Source of the DNA: Saccharolobus solfataricus P2 | GTDB taxonomy: Archaea > Thermoproteota > Thermoprotei_A > Sulfolobales > Sulfolobaceae | Assembly (NCBI RefSeq): GCF_000007005.1 | Contig: NC_002754.1 | Reading direction: 5' to 3' (one strand) | Length of the DNA stretch: 64,000 nucleotides | Part shown: piece after piece, positions 22,831 to 34,279 of the stretch | Layout: every line of letters begins with the position of its first letter | How positions within the stretch are numbered: the first letter of the stretch is position 1 | Program-made: the position numbers and the translations under genes | Notes under the pieces: model-generated | Seen by the model: the letters and a program-made list of their open reading frames with translations, nothing else | Told to the model about the DNA's origin: nothing | Databases searched by the model: none

Positions 22831-25462
22831 ATGCCCACCTTAGGGTTTCGCTTCCGTGCTTACGCTGACGAACAAACCCTTAGGGCGTTAAAAGCCCAGT
22901 TGAAGTTAGCATGTGAGGTATATAACACCTTAAGGTGGGCAGACATATACTTTTACCAAAGGGATGGGAAAGGGCTTACACAAACTGAGTTAAGACAGTT
23001 GGCTCTAGATCTGAGAAAACAAGATGATGAGTATAAGCAACTCTACTCGCAAGTAGTTCAACAAATAGCTGACCGTTACTACGAAGCTAAGAAGAGGTTT
23101 TTCGAAGGTTTAGCACGTTTCCCAAAAGAAAAGAAACCTCATAAATACTACTCCCTTGTCTATCCCCAGTATGGTTGGAAAATACTTCAAGTTAGAGAAA
23201 TAAGAAAAGGAAGCAAGAAGAATAAGAAGAAACTAATAACGCTTAAACTATCAAATCTTGGTACGTTCAAGGTAATAGTTCACCGAGACTTTCCCCTTGA
23301 CAAAGTAAAGAGAGTGGTCAGTGGTGTTTCACCAAATTATTTCATTTGAAAGATATAATATTAGTCCTTTCAAAAAGAGATTGATATAGAGAAAAACAAT
23401 AAAATTATTATGAAACATAACATGTTAAGGTAATTTGCAAAAAATATAGCGTACAATTCTAATAATAAGAGGAGAATTCTGAATTTTTCTCACGTGGTGA
23501 AAACGACGTGCATAGTCTCCTCTGAACACCGAGAAAGTTAGAGAAGCTTGACGAATGAATCGAAGGACAAAACCTTCTTACACGTGGACTTGAAGTTAAA
23601 GAGAAGATGATTCACTAGATTCCACGCAGAATCCAGAACCGTGTAATAGAGGAACAAGAAGATCTTGTTACTCAACTTCCTAACATACCTTATCCTTGCC
23701 TTCCTAACCTTAAAACCCTCCTCAACCTGCCACCTCAACCTATAGAGTTCAGCCAGTTCATAGGGATCTCCCTCGAAGTTCGTCACGAACATAAAGTGCC
23801 TCGGCTTTCCCTTAACGTAAACCACATCGTAATAATAAAGCCCTTCAAATTTCAAGACCCTATACGCAACGTAAACCTTGTCCTTAACCTCGTATCTCTT
23901 CTCAACTAATGGAACGTTAGATAGTTCCTTGAATCCCTTCAAGTTCGACTTTCCTCTCACAATGGTCTTCACGGGCATTTCCTTGATGACCCCTAGGTTC
24001 AAGAATCCGGCGTCAGCTACAACGTAATCTATTTCCATGTATTGGCTTACTTCCCTCACGCTCCTGAGTAGGAACTGTGATGGACTGTCGCTTCTCAAAT
24101 CTGCTACCTCCACTAGGAGGGGTAACCTTAAGGGATATACGAGGTCCAAGGATCTCATCTTTACTCCTTTTCTCTTCCAGTTGTAGAGTAGAAAGCCCTC
24201 TGCTTTTTCTTGTTCCTTTTCTCCCACGGTTAATCCGGTCTCATCTACAGCGACTACGTTGATCTCTCCCTTTACTTCTCTGTAGATTGGGTAGAACTTG
24301 AAGGTTCTCTGACCTTTACTAATTACTTTCTCGCCTCGTCTTACTACCTTCAAGTAGTATTTTCCTCTGTTTCCGGTTAGCAAGGATGGTGCTGCTTTCA
24401 CTATTTCCGGGTCTAGATCTTGAGAGATAACGTTAATATTGTTTGTTGCTAAAGTTATAGCGAGGGACTTCAGCTCCGTTTTGGATACTTGTATGGTTTG
24501 CATAACGGAGTTATGGAGTCCCTCGCTTTAACCTTTTCTTGTTCATCTCGTCCTTCCACCTACTTTCCTCTATTGATAATACTAGACAAATGGTATTACT
24601 CTTTATATATAAACTCGTTTTCTGTTAGTTTCTTCAACAAATATGAAAATTTTTTGCTTCTTGTGTTGAAATAAGCCGATTTTCTAACTTCGCTCTGATA
24701 TTTTTCTCTTCCATAGAAATTGTATCATTTTGAGTAAAATTGGTGAAACACCACTGGAGAGTGGTAGTGAAGCTAACAAGATCTGAGAGGATATACATCA
24801 CTTTCGTAGTTGATCACGAATTCCCCAAGTTACCTAACACTGGTAAGGTAGTGGCGATAGATGTTGGTGTAGAAAAGTTGTTAGTAACGTCAGATGGTGA
24901 GTATTTTCCTAATTTGAGACCTTACGAGAAAGCGTTATGGAAAGTGAAGCATCTACACAGAGAACTTTCAAGGAAGAAGTTCCTCTCTCATAACTGGTTT
25001 AAGGCTAAGGTTAAGCTTGCTAGGGCTTATGAGCATTTGAAGAATCTAAGAACGGATCTTTACATGAAGTTGGGTAAGTGGTTTGCTGAGCATTATGACG
25101 TTGTAGTCATGGAGGACATTCACGCTAAACAACTTGTGGGTAAGTCCTTGAGGTCTCTGAGAAGGAGGCTGAGTGATGTGGGATTTGGTGAGTTGAGGGA
25201 TGTGCTGAAGTATCAGCTGGAAAAATACGGAAAGAAACTCATCCTAGTTAATCCTGCATACACTTCCAAAACTTGTGCTAGGTGCGGGTATGTGAAAAAT
25301 GACTTGTCTCTATCTGATCGTGTTTTCGTTTGTCCCAACTGTGGTTGGATTGCAGATCGTGACTATAATGCTTCTCTTAACATCTTACGTGGATCGGGGT
25401 CGGAGCGACCCTTAGTGTGGAGCTCCGCCCTCTACCAGTACTCTGGCAAGGTGGGGCTGTGA
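22831..25462 (+). pseudogene. tnpB: tnpB split by ISC1439; rejoins as 394 aa
   Basis: 22831-23318 + 24766-25462 are in frame ([11 protein letters not shown]). AIDVG, VMED, DRDYNA and the zinc finger are all intact. Confidence 0.92.
23319..24756 (-). mobile_element. ISC1439-like (ISH3/IS4) element; transposase 23538-24503
   Basis: 1438 bp, TIR CAGTGGTGTTTCACCAA, 9-bp TSD GAGAGTGGT, DDE motifs (AVDET, VADAGF, RWQVEEGF). Confidence 0.93.
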
Positions 25463-25908
25463 AGCAGGAAGCTCCCTCATTTATGAGGGGGTAGCTCACT
25501 TAATACAAGCCTTGAGATAGAAAAACCTAAACTATAGTAGTACATCAGTGTTGATAACAGATTTATTACTTTTTATCAATATAAATCATATAAAGTATCC
25601 GTTTATTTTCAATTCGATATATAATTTAGCTTTTAACAAGAAGAAGATATAGTAATTTTAAAAAAAAAGAATCTTTTCCAAAAATTTTATTACGTAATTA
25701 AAACATTTTGCGAAAGTGGTATTAGCTGAATTTAAACTAAATTTCAAATGAATGAAATTATTGTCCACACTCAATTAAACCACTAGTTCTCCTCACCAGA
25801 TATGGATTATTACGAAATAATATATACAATTAGACTCAATAATATTCAAAAATACTATAAAGTAAATTATAGAAAGATTTATTAGGTAAATAATCTATAT
25901 TAACAAAC

Positions 25909-26946
25909 ATGATTATAAAACCCGAACCATCACTTAAAGATTTATCCTATATAATTGAGAACGCAGGATTAAAGGCTAGTGATTTACTAAACATGTATAA
26001 GAGAATGCTAATTATCAGATACTTCGAAGAGTCCATAAGGAAAATTTACCATGAGGGAAAGAATCCCTTCAATATGGCATCCGGTAGAATTAGGGGAGAG
26101 ATGCACCTATCAATAGGGCAAGAGGCAGTTGCAGTTGGTACGTTATACGATATTAGAGACGAAGATGTAGTAGTGAGCACCCACAGACCCCATCATCACG
26201 CTATTGCCAAAGGCGTTGACTTAAAGGGATTGGCAGCGGAAATTTTAGGTAAAGCTACTGGACTCTGCAAAGGAAAAGGAGGGCACATGCATCTGTTCGA
26301 TAAATCTAAGAACTTTGCATGTAGCGGAATTGTAGGAGCTTCTTTTCCTCAAGCAGCTGGCGCTGCCTTTGCGTTTAAATATCTAGGAAAAGATAACGTG
26401 GCAATATCATTTGCCGGTGAAGGTGCAGCCAATCATGGTACCTTCGCTGAAACTCTAAATATAGCAAGTGCTTGGGAATTACCATTAATAATAGTTATAG
26501 AAGACAACAAATACGCTGATTCTACACCTAAATCCTTCGTTATGTCCACCACTTTCCATTATCAGAGAGGTTTAGCATATAACGTCCCATCATATCTTGT
26601 TGACGGAATGGATGTAATAGACGTCTACTCAACTTCTAAAAAAGCCATAGAGAGAGCAAGGAAAGGTTTTGGTCCCACATTAATTGAAGCTTTAACTTAT
26701 AGGTATGTAGGACATTTTGAAGGAGACGGAGAGGAATATAGAACTAAAGAGGAAGTGGAGTTCTGGAGCTCATTAGATCCTATAAGGAGATTAGAAAACA
26801 GACTATTACGTCTAAATTACGCTGACAGCGACATTCTAGCTAGACTCAGAGAGGAGGCAAGAAAGCAAGTTCAAGAGGCAATAGATTTCGCAATAAATAG
26901 TAAGTACCCAGAGCTAACTGACGCATTCGGAGGTGTCTTCGCATGA
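25909..26946 (+). CDS. pdhA: 2-oxoacid/acetoin dehydrogenase E1 alpha subunit
   Basis: HLSIGQEA, THRPHH, GEGA...N TPP motif, TYRYVGHFEGD. Confidence 0.9.
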   Translation: MIIKPEPSLKDLSYIIENAGLKASDLLNMYKRMLIIRYFEESIRKIYHEGKNPFNMASGRIRGEMHLSIGQEAVAVGTLYDIRDEDVVVSTHRPHHHAIAKGVDLKGLAAEILGKATGLCKGKGGHMHLFDKSKNFACSGIVGASFPQAAGAAFAFKYLGKDNVAISFAGEGAANHGTFAETLNIASAWELPLIIVIEDNKYADSTPKSFVMSTTFHYQRGLAYNVPSYLVDGMDVIDVYSTSKKAIERARKGFGPTLIEALTYRYVGHFEGDGEEYRTKEEVEFWSSLDPIRRLENRLLRLNYADSDILARLREEARKQVQEAIDFAINSKYPELTDAFGGVFA

Positions 26947-27941
26947 AAATAAGGGGAATCGCACAAGCCATTGCCGAGGGAATAAGACAAGAGATGGAGA
27001 GAAACGACAGAATTGTGGTACTGGGAGAAGACGTAACATATTGGGGGGCAGTCTTCGGATTTACTATGGGACTTTTTGATAAGTTTGGAAGAAAAAGGGT
27101 TATCGATACACCCATTACTGAACAAACATTTATGGGCATTAGCGTTGGCGCTGCTTCCTCTGGCTTACACCCAGTTGTTTCATTAATGTTCGTAGACTTT
27201 CTAGGTGCGGGATTCGATCAAATGTTCAACCATATGGCAAAGAATTATTACATGAGTGGAGGTCAATATCCCATGCCAATTACTGTAATTACGGCAATAG
27301 GAGGAGGTTATGGTGATTCCTCACAGCACTCACAAGTTTTATATTCACTCTTCGCCCACTTACCAGGATTTAAGGTGATAGTACCTTCAACACCATATGA
27401 CGCTAAAGGTCTTACAATTAAGGCACTAAGAGACAACAACCCAGTCATAATATTCGGACATAAACTATTAACTGGACTACCATTTTTACCATTTGAAGGG
27501 AATGAAGAAGAGGTCCCAGAAGAACCTTATGAGATCGAATTCGGCAAAGCAGCCATCAGAAAAGAAGGAACTGATCTAACCATAATTTCCGCCGGCTTAA
27601 TGGTCCATAGAAGCTTGAAGGCTGCGGAAATGCTACAGAAAGAGGGAATTTCAGCCGAAGTAATAGACGTAAGAACGTTCGTCCCGTTAGATGAAGAAAC
27701 CATAATAAAGTCAGCTAGGAAAACCGGAAGAGTGCTAATTGTAGACGAAGACTATATGAGCTATGGTGTAACTGGAGAGATAGCATTCAGAATACAGTCT
27801 AAGGCATTAAAGGATCTTAAAGTCCCCATATCCAGGCTTGCAGTTCCAGACGTTCCAATACCCTTTTCAGAGCCTTTAGAAAATGCGGTAATACCCAACG
27901 TAAATACAATCTACAGTGAAGCGAAAAAGTTAATCCAATAA
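26943..27941 (+). CDS. pdhB: 2-oxoacid/acetoin dehydrogenase E1 beta subunit
   Basis: LGEDV, DTPITE, HSQ, EVIDVRT; ATGA overlap with alpha. Confidence 0.9.
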   Translation: MKIRGIAQAIAEGIRQEMERNDRIVVLGEDVTYWGAVFGFTMGLFDKFGRKRVIDTPITEQTFMGISVGAASSGLHPVVSLMFVDFLGAGFDQMFNHMAKNYYMSGGQYPMPITVITAIGGGYGDSSQHSQVLYSLFAHLPGFKVIVPSTPYDAKGLTIKALRDNNPVIIFGHKLLTGLPFLPFEGNEEEVPEEPYEIEFGKAAIRKEGTDLTIISAGLMVHRSLKAAEMLQKEGISAEVIDVRTFVPLDEETIIKSARKTGRVLIVDEDYMSYGVTGEIAFRIQSKALKDLKVPISRLAVPDVPIPFSEPLENAVIPNVNTIYSEAKKLIQ

Positions 27942-28070
27942 ACACTCTAACGAGAAATTATTGAAACTGTTTAGTGGTAGCGTCAAATATTATCAGTAGA
28001 ATCCGTTTTATACAATAATTTTCTCTTAATAAATGAACAATCATGAATTTTACAAAAATAGGAGTTTATT

Positions 28071-28234
28071 GGGCGATTCAGATATCCGTTGTGAATTCAC
28101 TTTATTTTAAAGATTACTATGAATTTAACTAAATGAAGATGACCGACTAATAGAGATATATAGTTACTAATGTTAATATTTTTTACATCTATATCATTCA
28201 CAAATTGAAATCGCAAAGGATCCGTGAATCACCC
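28071..28234 (+). mobile_element. ~164-bp MITE (SM4-sized)
   Basis: Ends GGGCGATTCAGATATCC / GGATCCGTGAATCACCC; related copies at 34280, 29306, 20108 and 44115. Confidence 0.75.
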
Positions 28235-28339
28235 ATTATAAACGATTGTACTATGATTCTTCTGGAATACCTTTAACTATGCAAGTTTTAGACCCTTTAT
28301 CTATTACTATTGACATGTATCTTAACACTTCAAGACCAA

Positions 28340-28729
28340 TCAAGCTTCTCCCCTCAAAGTCCCTAGATATTCCCTGATTATCAGTATGTATGCCTTCTCT
28401 TGTGGGGTTAGTTTGCTCTTTCTCCCTTGTTCTTTCTTGATCTTGACGAACTTTGCCTCCTCCAAGTCTTGCCTTAGCTCTCGACCGAATCTCCTTAATC
28501 TGGCTAACCTCTCTTCTTCGCTCTCCTCAGAGTTCTCTATCTTACTGAGCCTACTTTCCTTGTACAACTTGATCAAGTCCTCTATTGACTCCTTGAAATT
28601 GTCGAAGTCTTTCTGAGTTAACTTCTTATTCACTAGTGCTTTCAGAAAGTTTATAGCTTTAGGCAAAGGATATACCACTAGATCATAGTCTAAGAACTTT
28701 TCCAAAATACTAACGTGTTCATAATACAA
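28340..28729 (-). pseudogene. Transposase N-terminal remnant with an in-frame SM1 insertion
   Basis: KKEQGRKSKLTPQEKAYILIIREY resembles a transposase N-terminus; family uncertain. Confidence 0.55.
28634..28712 (-). mobile_element. SM1-type MITE (copy 2)
   Basis: 79 bp, reverse complement of copy 1 with few changes; AC/AC flanks. Confidence 0.9.
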
Positions 28730-28836
28730 AATAAGGGGTATCTAAAGTTTTTGTCCCAGAGTCGGATTTATCCAGTTATAAGTACAGTTCTAATGGAAAG
28801 CTTACATTATTCTTTCAATTCCTTTATGGATTTATC

Positions 28837-28868
<32 letters not shown>

Positions 28869-29395
28869 TTTTCTGTCTAATTGAAATATTGAGTATCATT
28901 TATATACATTCAATTATTTCACTTTGATTCGTTTTGATCGCATTGAGGCTCGAACTTTTACACTTTTAAATCCTTTCAAAAAATCGAACTTATAGGTTAA
29001 ATCAGACGTGAAGGTTCCTCCTAAATTCGTTGCGTCTCCTAAATAGCTATTCAACATTTATACTATTTCATCTAAGTATTTTTTATTTTAACGTCAAGTT
29101 ATCTTTTTAAAGGTATTTATAAGCAGGCTACTTTTACGTTTGATTTCACGAGCCTGTATTAAAAATTATTTAAAGTCATATTATGTTTATACCAATATTA
29201 TTTGAATTCTAAATTTAATGAAAATAAGTTTTCGTCTTATGGTTGTTAATCAGAGGATTTGTAAAAGTATAAGAATGGGTATATATTGGTTTGTATAGGT
29301 TTACCGTGGGATTCAGATATCCATTGCGGATTCCCTTCATCTTAAAGATTGTTATGAAATTAATTACATGAAGACAATTAACTAGCCGAGACGCG

Positions 29396-30034
29396 GGGAG
29401 TGTTCTCATGCAGTCATCTTATTCAAGAAGTATTAGTAAAATTATATCAAGTTTATCTAATATACTGTACTTCCTTCAAGTAAGCCTCGTTCAAGGGAGT
29501 TCCCTCTCTTGAAAACACGCGAGGGTACATTACATTTGACAAGGCTAAACTGTACTCCGCCATTCTTATACTCCTATTAACAGCTTTAGTATCCCTAGCC
29601 AGCCTCGCCAACCTACACCAAGAATTATGACTCTCCACAAGATAAGTATACTTCTTACCCGCTACACGATTATCGAGAACTTGATAAACACAGTAGTAGT
29701 CAGTATAGTTTACCTCACTCCTAGTTAACCAACCCAAGAGATAACGAAAAGTCCCATAACTCCTATCCCCAAACTCGTAAAAAGGCACCCCATCAGCCAG
29801 GACTGTCCAAATCCACAAATCCTCCCTCATCACCCCATACACTAGTATTTTGGAAAAGTTCTTAGACTATGATCTAGTGGTATATCCTTTGCCTAAAGCT
29901 ATAAACTTTCTGAAAGCACTAACGTTCTAATCTATTGGCTGCATCTCGATTAAAACGACTAATTGTGAAAATTTCTAGTTTGATTTAATTTTACTATATA
30001 ATATTGAATAAGATAGCTGCATGAGAACACTCCC
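29396..30034 (-). mobile_element. Internally deleted IS1-family element (ISC1173-like); transposase remnant 29453-29842
   Basis: Both ends GGGAGTGTTCTCATGCAG. GDRS...YTDY...ESHNS...LARLARDTKAVNRS match the IS1 C-terminus. Confidence 0.8.
29843..29921 (+). mobile_element. SM1-type MITE (copy 3)
   Basis: 79 bp, AC/AC flanks. Confidence 0.9.
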
Positions 30035-30053
30035 AAAATAGTCATTTTGGTGG

Positions 30054-30872
30054 TTACCATTTTATAAAGTAAGTCCCATAATCTGGTTGCCACAGTTCTA
30101 ATGTAATTTTATTTCTATCTGCCGCTAACCTATGTTCGCTTTGTATCTCTACTCCCTCATGAGGCCCATCTAAGGTGACTACTAAAACTTTTTCCGCCTT
30201 CACGTTTTTTGGAACCCATGGTAGATTTATCGTAATCTTTGCATAATAGGTGGGTTGACCTATTGTGATCCCTTCCATACTGTAATTCATATTGTATCTT
30301 CTATAAAGCTCTTCCATAGTTGATGGAAAGTATTTTTCATCCCAAGTATAGAACCCGTATTTTATCAATTCCCCTACCTCTAACGGGGGATCAAATGTTA
30401 CGCGGAATTTAATGAGCTTAGGATCTACCTCTTTTTCCCACTTACCTTCACCTCTTTTATTCTCATCCAGCAGATTTTTCCTAGTTATCTTATTAAACCT
30501 TATTACTTTAGAGGCTTTTTCCGCGTTGAACCTATTGGATTGATGAATTCTTTCCTTAACCCCGTTAACTAAAGGAGTTGCTTCGAAGTTTATTCTTAGA
30601 GCTCTATCTCCTTTAGGAGAGGCACTGCATATCTTATTTATGTTAAGGAATAGGAGATATTTATCTCCTTCAGAGTATACCTTACCCTTAGTTATCGTAC
30701 CGTTCTTTAAACCTATTATATTTAGCTTACTCAGCCCATTTAGTATTCTTTCTATTTCTGTTCTATTCATTCTTATCATTATCTCGTTTATGTTAACGTC
30801 CTCATTATCAATGCCAACTTTCTTAAGTAGTGTTGCTATGAGTTTTTTTGAGGCTAAGGAAAGTTCTCCCAC
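30054..30872 (-). CDS. Putative HTH-like regulator with uncharacterised C-terminal beta domain; paralog of 41406-42197
   Basis: Helical N-terminus; C-terminal GELIKYGFYTW...PT...QPDYGTY pattern shared with the paralog. Confidence 0.65.
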   Translation of the reverse strand: MGELSLASKKLIATLLKKVGIDNEDVNINEIMIRMNRTEIERILNGLSKLNIIGLKNGTITKGKVYSEGDKYLLFLNINKICSASPKGDRALRINFEATPLVNGVKERIHQSNRFNAEKASKVIRFNKITRKNLLDENKRGEGKWEKEVDPKLIKFRVTFDPPLEVGELIKYGFYTWDEKYFPSTMEELYRRYNMNYSMEGITIGQPTYYAKITINLPWVPKNVKAEKVLVVTLDGPHEGVEIQSEHRLAADRNKITLELWQPDYGTYFIKW

Positions 30873-31079
30873 ACCTTAATATTCTTAAAGCGTGTTATAA
30901 AAGTGTTGCTAAGTCCTCTATGTTGGAAACAAAATGCGGAAGTTGAAACCAAATTAAAATTAGATTAACTATCAGTTAATATTAATATTAAGTTATAAAC
31001 AATTAAAAGGTAAATATTAAGTAAATCTATAAAATTTAATAGGAAACATTTATATTTTAAAGGATACTACTAAAGATAC

Positions 31080-31931
31080 ATGATGATGGAGAAAATAGTA
31101 ATGGTTGCTATATTGATTTTATCAATCATTTCACTGCCATTGACTATAATATATCCTCACGCTTCTTCATCTCTTCATTTAGGTCCTCAAAGAATATGCT
31201 TTAATATAACGTCAAACAATTACGTAAGTGCAGTATATAAGCCGATAATTCAAGTTTTAAACTTAAATGCTAGGCCAAACTCAACCGTTAATATAACCTT
31301 AAGTTTAACGAATTCGTCAATGCCTATGATGCTTAAAGTACCTAAGTTCAATCTATTAGGATATACTTTAGGTGGCAAACTGGTGACAATCAACGTGAAC
31401 CCTTTAGGATCTCTCTGTTACGGCATACCTGATCTATCGATTTCAACACCCGTTTTCTCGGCAGGTGTTTATATGGTTTTCAGCGGGTATATAACTGGTG
31501 TTTTGTCTTTTTCTGGAAATATTTCCAAACCATTATTAATAAGACTTACAGATGCGGGAAACTTAAGTATACCTATTAAAATTCCTCTCCATGCTTCTGG
31601 TAAAGGAATTATAACGCTATCTAATATTACCTATCATGTAGCTATAAGCCTAGTTGTTAAATATTCTTCACTGCTAAACTCTGGGAATTATACTATACTG
31701 CCTCTAAAGCCTATAGGGAACTTTAAGGGAGTCCCGTCCTATATTAATGGAATTTATGTTATTGAAAGCAATTCTTACATGACCCTTCTTATCCTTTACT
31801 TGTATATTGTGATTGCAGTCGGGATGATTATAGCTATAATTGTCAAATTTAGGAGGAAAATAATACATATTATTACATTCCTCAAGCACTTCGTGAAACT
31901 TACAAACCCATGCTTAGATAAACCAAAATAA
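31080..31931 (+). CDS. Secreted, C-terminally anchored surface protein
   Basis: Signal peptide, N-glycosylation sequons, C-terminal TM + KFRRK. Confidence 0.75.
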   Translation: MMMEKIVMVAILILSIISLPLTIIYPHASSSLHLGPQRICFNITSNNYVSAVYKPIIQVLNLNARPNSTVNITLSLTNSSMPMMLKVPKFNLLGYTLGGKLVTINVNPLGSLCYGIPDLSISTPVFSAGVYMVFSGYITGVLSFSGNISKPLLIRLTDAGNLSIPIKIPLHASGKGIITLSNITYHVAISLVVKYSSLLNSGNYTILPLKPIGNFKGVPSYINGIYVIESNSYMTLLILYLYIVIAVGMIIAIIVKFRRKIIHIITFLKHFVKLTNPCLDKPK

Positions 31932-32169
31932 TAGAACCTAACCTCAATTCAAGAGCGTAGGTATAATGAATGTAGCCTTTTTCATAATAGTTTCAAAAGG
32001 ACTAGTTTTAACTTAAGATGTTAAAAATGAGTTAGTAATAGAAACAACAAGAAATATTTTGTATTAGGGAATATCATTTTCCTTCGCGTCTATTAAGAAA
32101 AAGGCTATAATTGCTCGCACTCCTTCTTAAGCATACATATTTATATATAACTTAAAACTACTTGTTTAT

Positions 32170-34011
32170 GTGAGCTATAGGACATTACTCTCAATAATTG
32201 TGATAATATTGGTAATGATTTCTTCCTTTTCCATATTATGTATAATAATATCTAATGCAGAAATTACTATTAACAATAATATTACAGATTCAAATAATAT
32301 TTATATGGCCCCTAATTTTTTTGGTGCCGATCCCGCTATGATCTTTCCCTATAATAGTACAATGTTGGGAATTATTCTAGCAGGCGGTGGTGGTCCAGAG
32401 CTTTCTGTAAGTCAAGTATATAATTTATCGTATCCTTATAATCAAGTCATGTTTAATTATCCGGAAAATGGACCTTTAGAGTTAAATATGTCTTATGATA
32501 ATTGGTCCATTCATGAAATATCATTCATAGCTCTACCAACTGTAGATGTTTATCCTACGAAAATATATAACTCTTCACTTTATCTTGGTAAGGGACTACT
32601 CTCCGCTACCTATAAAAATATCGCTATCATAATTATTTCTTATAAAGATTTTTCCAAATATAATATAACTCTTAGTCAGTATCCTTCCCATATTCTTCAA
32701 GGAACGGATGGCATAGGTTTATTTATAATTCCGCTGCAAGCATTACCATGGGTTTATGGGAAAAGTGTTAACTCATCCGTGATCCAACAGACCTATATTT
32801 TTCAAAACGAGACAAATTTAATAATTAACGGAAATGATTTTGGGTCTTTAACTCAATTGGGTCTTTATGATGAATTATCATCAACTGTTCAAACTTTAGA
32901 GTTTTTAAACACTACTTCACCTTATTCAAGTATATTAATTGATTCGATAAATAACACTATAGAAGCTATGGCAAATCGATTTACCATTGATAACCAAACC
33001 ATTGATAATTCAATTATTGACCTGGCCTATAGTTCGTCAACATTAACTCCCGGAGAACAAGAATTTTACGCTTACATAGTGAGTTTCGGTGGCAATATTA
33101 CTACTAAAATAGAAAGTGAAATCTATTCAATTTTACCTAAATTAGTTAATTTAATACAGTATCCCAGTATCTCAAATCAATCTCCAACCACAATAGTTTC
33201 GGTGTTTAATGTTCTGAATAGATCAGCTACTAAAGTACCTGGTGTTGTATATGGATTACTTTACAATTCTACTGGATTAATTTCAAAATCTATAATGAAT
33301 TCTAATGGTGAGTTAGTATTTAATGTTTCTCCAGGTACGTACGTACTTTACGTCTACCATTATCCAAACTTAGGACTTAATTATACAGAATATTGGGGTC
33401 AAATTAGAATAGATGTCAGATCTGGTATAAATAAATATAATTTTACTAGAGTTGAGCCGTGGATTTACAATATAATCGATACATCGATAGATTCTCAATT
33501 TAAGATATCTGTGAAAATTATTAATCCATTAAATCAAACAGTTAGCGGGCAGCTATATTTATGGATAAGTAACGGAATCGCATCCTCAGCTAGCGCTCCA
33601 ACATTTGAAAGTCAGTTGCTCTTAAATCCTGGCGTAAATTCTATTAATTATACTTATACAGCCTCAAGTAGTGGTTCTTACTATGTTTACGCAGTTTTGA
33701 AATCTTTTGTTTTAAATCCTGAAGGAGAGCCAATAACCACTGATCAATATAATTGGACTAGTATGGGAGGTATAAATATAAGTAATACGCCTACTCAAAC
33801 TGTAACTACAACGTTTACGGTTACCCAAACCACTGTAAACCGGCAAACTATCACCTCTACCGTTACCCAGACAAGCGAAGGTACCACCACAGTAGTAGTG
33901 GTTAATAAATCTTTAAGTGCTGGAGCAGAGCTATTAATTATCACTATATCTATAATAATTATTGTAATTATGGGAATTATAATAATTCTGTTCCTAAGAA
34001 GATCTAAGTGA
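32170..34011 (+). CDS. Cell-surface glycoprotein with Ig-like domains, Thr-rich stalk and C-terminal TM
   Basis: Signal peptide, NGELVFNVSPGTYVL Ig-like pattern, TVTTTFTVTQTT stalk, TM + RRSK; 613 aa. Confidence 0.8.
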   Translation: MSYRTLLSIIVIILVMISSFSILCIIISNAEITINNNITDSNNIYMAPNFFGADPAMIFPYNSTMLGIILAGGGGPELSVSQVYNLSYPYNQVMFNYPENGPLELNMSYDNWSIHEISFIALPTVDVYPTKIYNSSLYLGKGLLSATYKNIAIIIISYKDFSKYNITLSQYPSHILQGTDGIGLFIIPLQALPWVYGKSVNSSVIQQTYIFQNETNLIINGNDFGSLTQLGLYDELSSTVQTLEFLNTTSPYSSILIDSINNTIEAMANRFTIDNQTIDNSIIDLAYSSSTLTPGEQEFYAYIVSFGGNITTKIESEIYSILPKLVNLIQYPSISNQSPTTIVSVFNVLNRSATKVPGVVYGLLYNSTGLISKSIMNSNGELVFNVSPGTYVLYVYHYPNLGLNYTEYWGQIRIDVRSGINKYNFTRVEPWIYNIIDTSIDSQFKISVKIINPLNQTVSGQLYLWISNGIASSASAPTFESQLLLNPGVNSINYTYTASSSGSYYVYAVLKSFVLNPEGEPITTDQYNWTSMGGINISNTPTQTVTTTFTVTQTTVNRQTITSTVTQTSEGTTTVVVVNKSLSAGAELLIITISIIIIVIMGIIIILFLRRSK

Positions 34012-34279
34012 TCTCTTAATTAATTTAATTATTGGATATGTACTAAATTTTATAAATCATTAATAATATTCTGAGAGTATAGAATTTTATCCCATATAAG
34101 ATGTGATTGGGAACTTTTCTTATTATAGTAAAAATTTCTAGTTCCATTATTAACTTATGCTGTAATTTGTATGCATACATACAGATAATTAATGTCGTAG
34201 CAATTATCATATCTTCCCTTGATAATACCAGAAACCTTGTACGTCCTAGAAAGTTTTTAACCTTCAAGTCCACTTTATG

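Larger units (their letters stand above)
22738..25499 (+). mobile_element. IS605-family tnpB-only element (ISC1316-like) interrupted by ISC1439
   Basis: Left end ...GGGGGTTCAAAGGGGGCGG, right end ...GTAGCTCAC. 2762 minus 1447 bp = 1315 bp. Confidence 0.85.
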
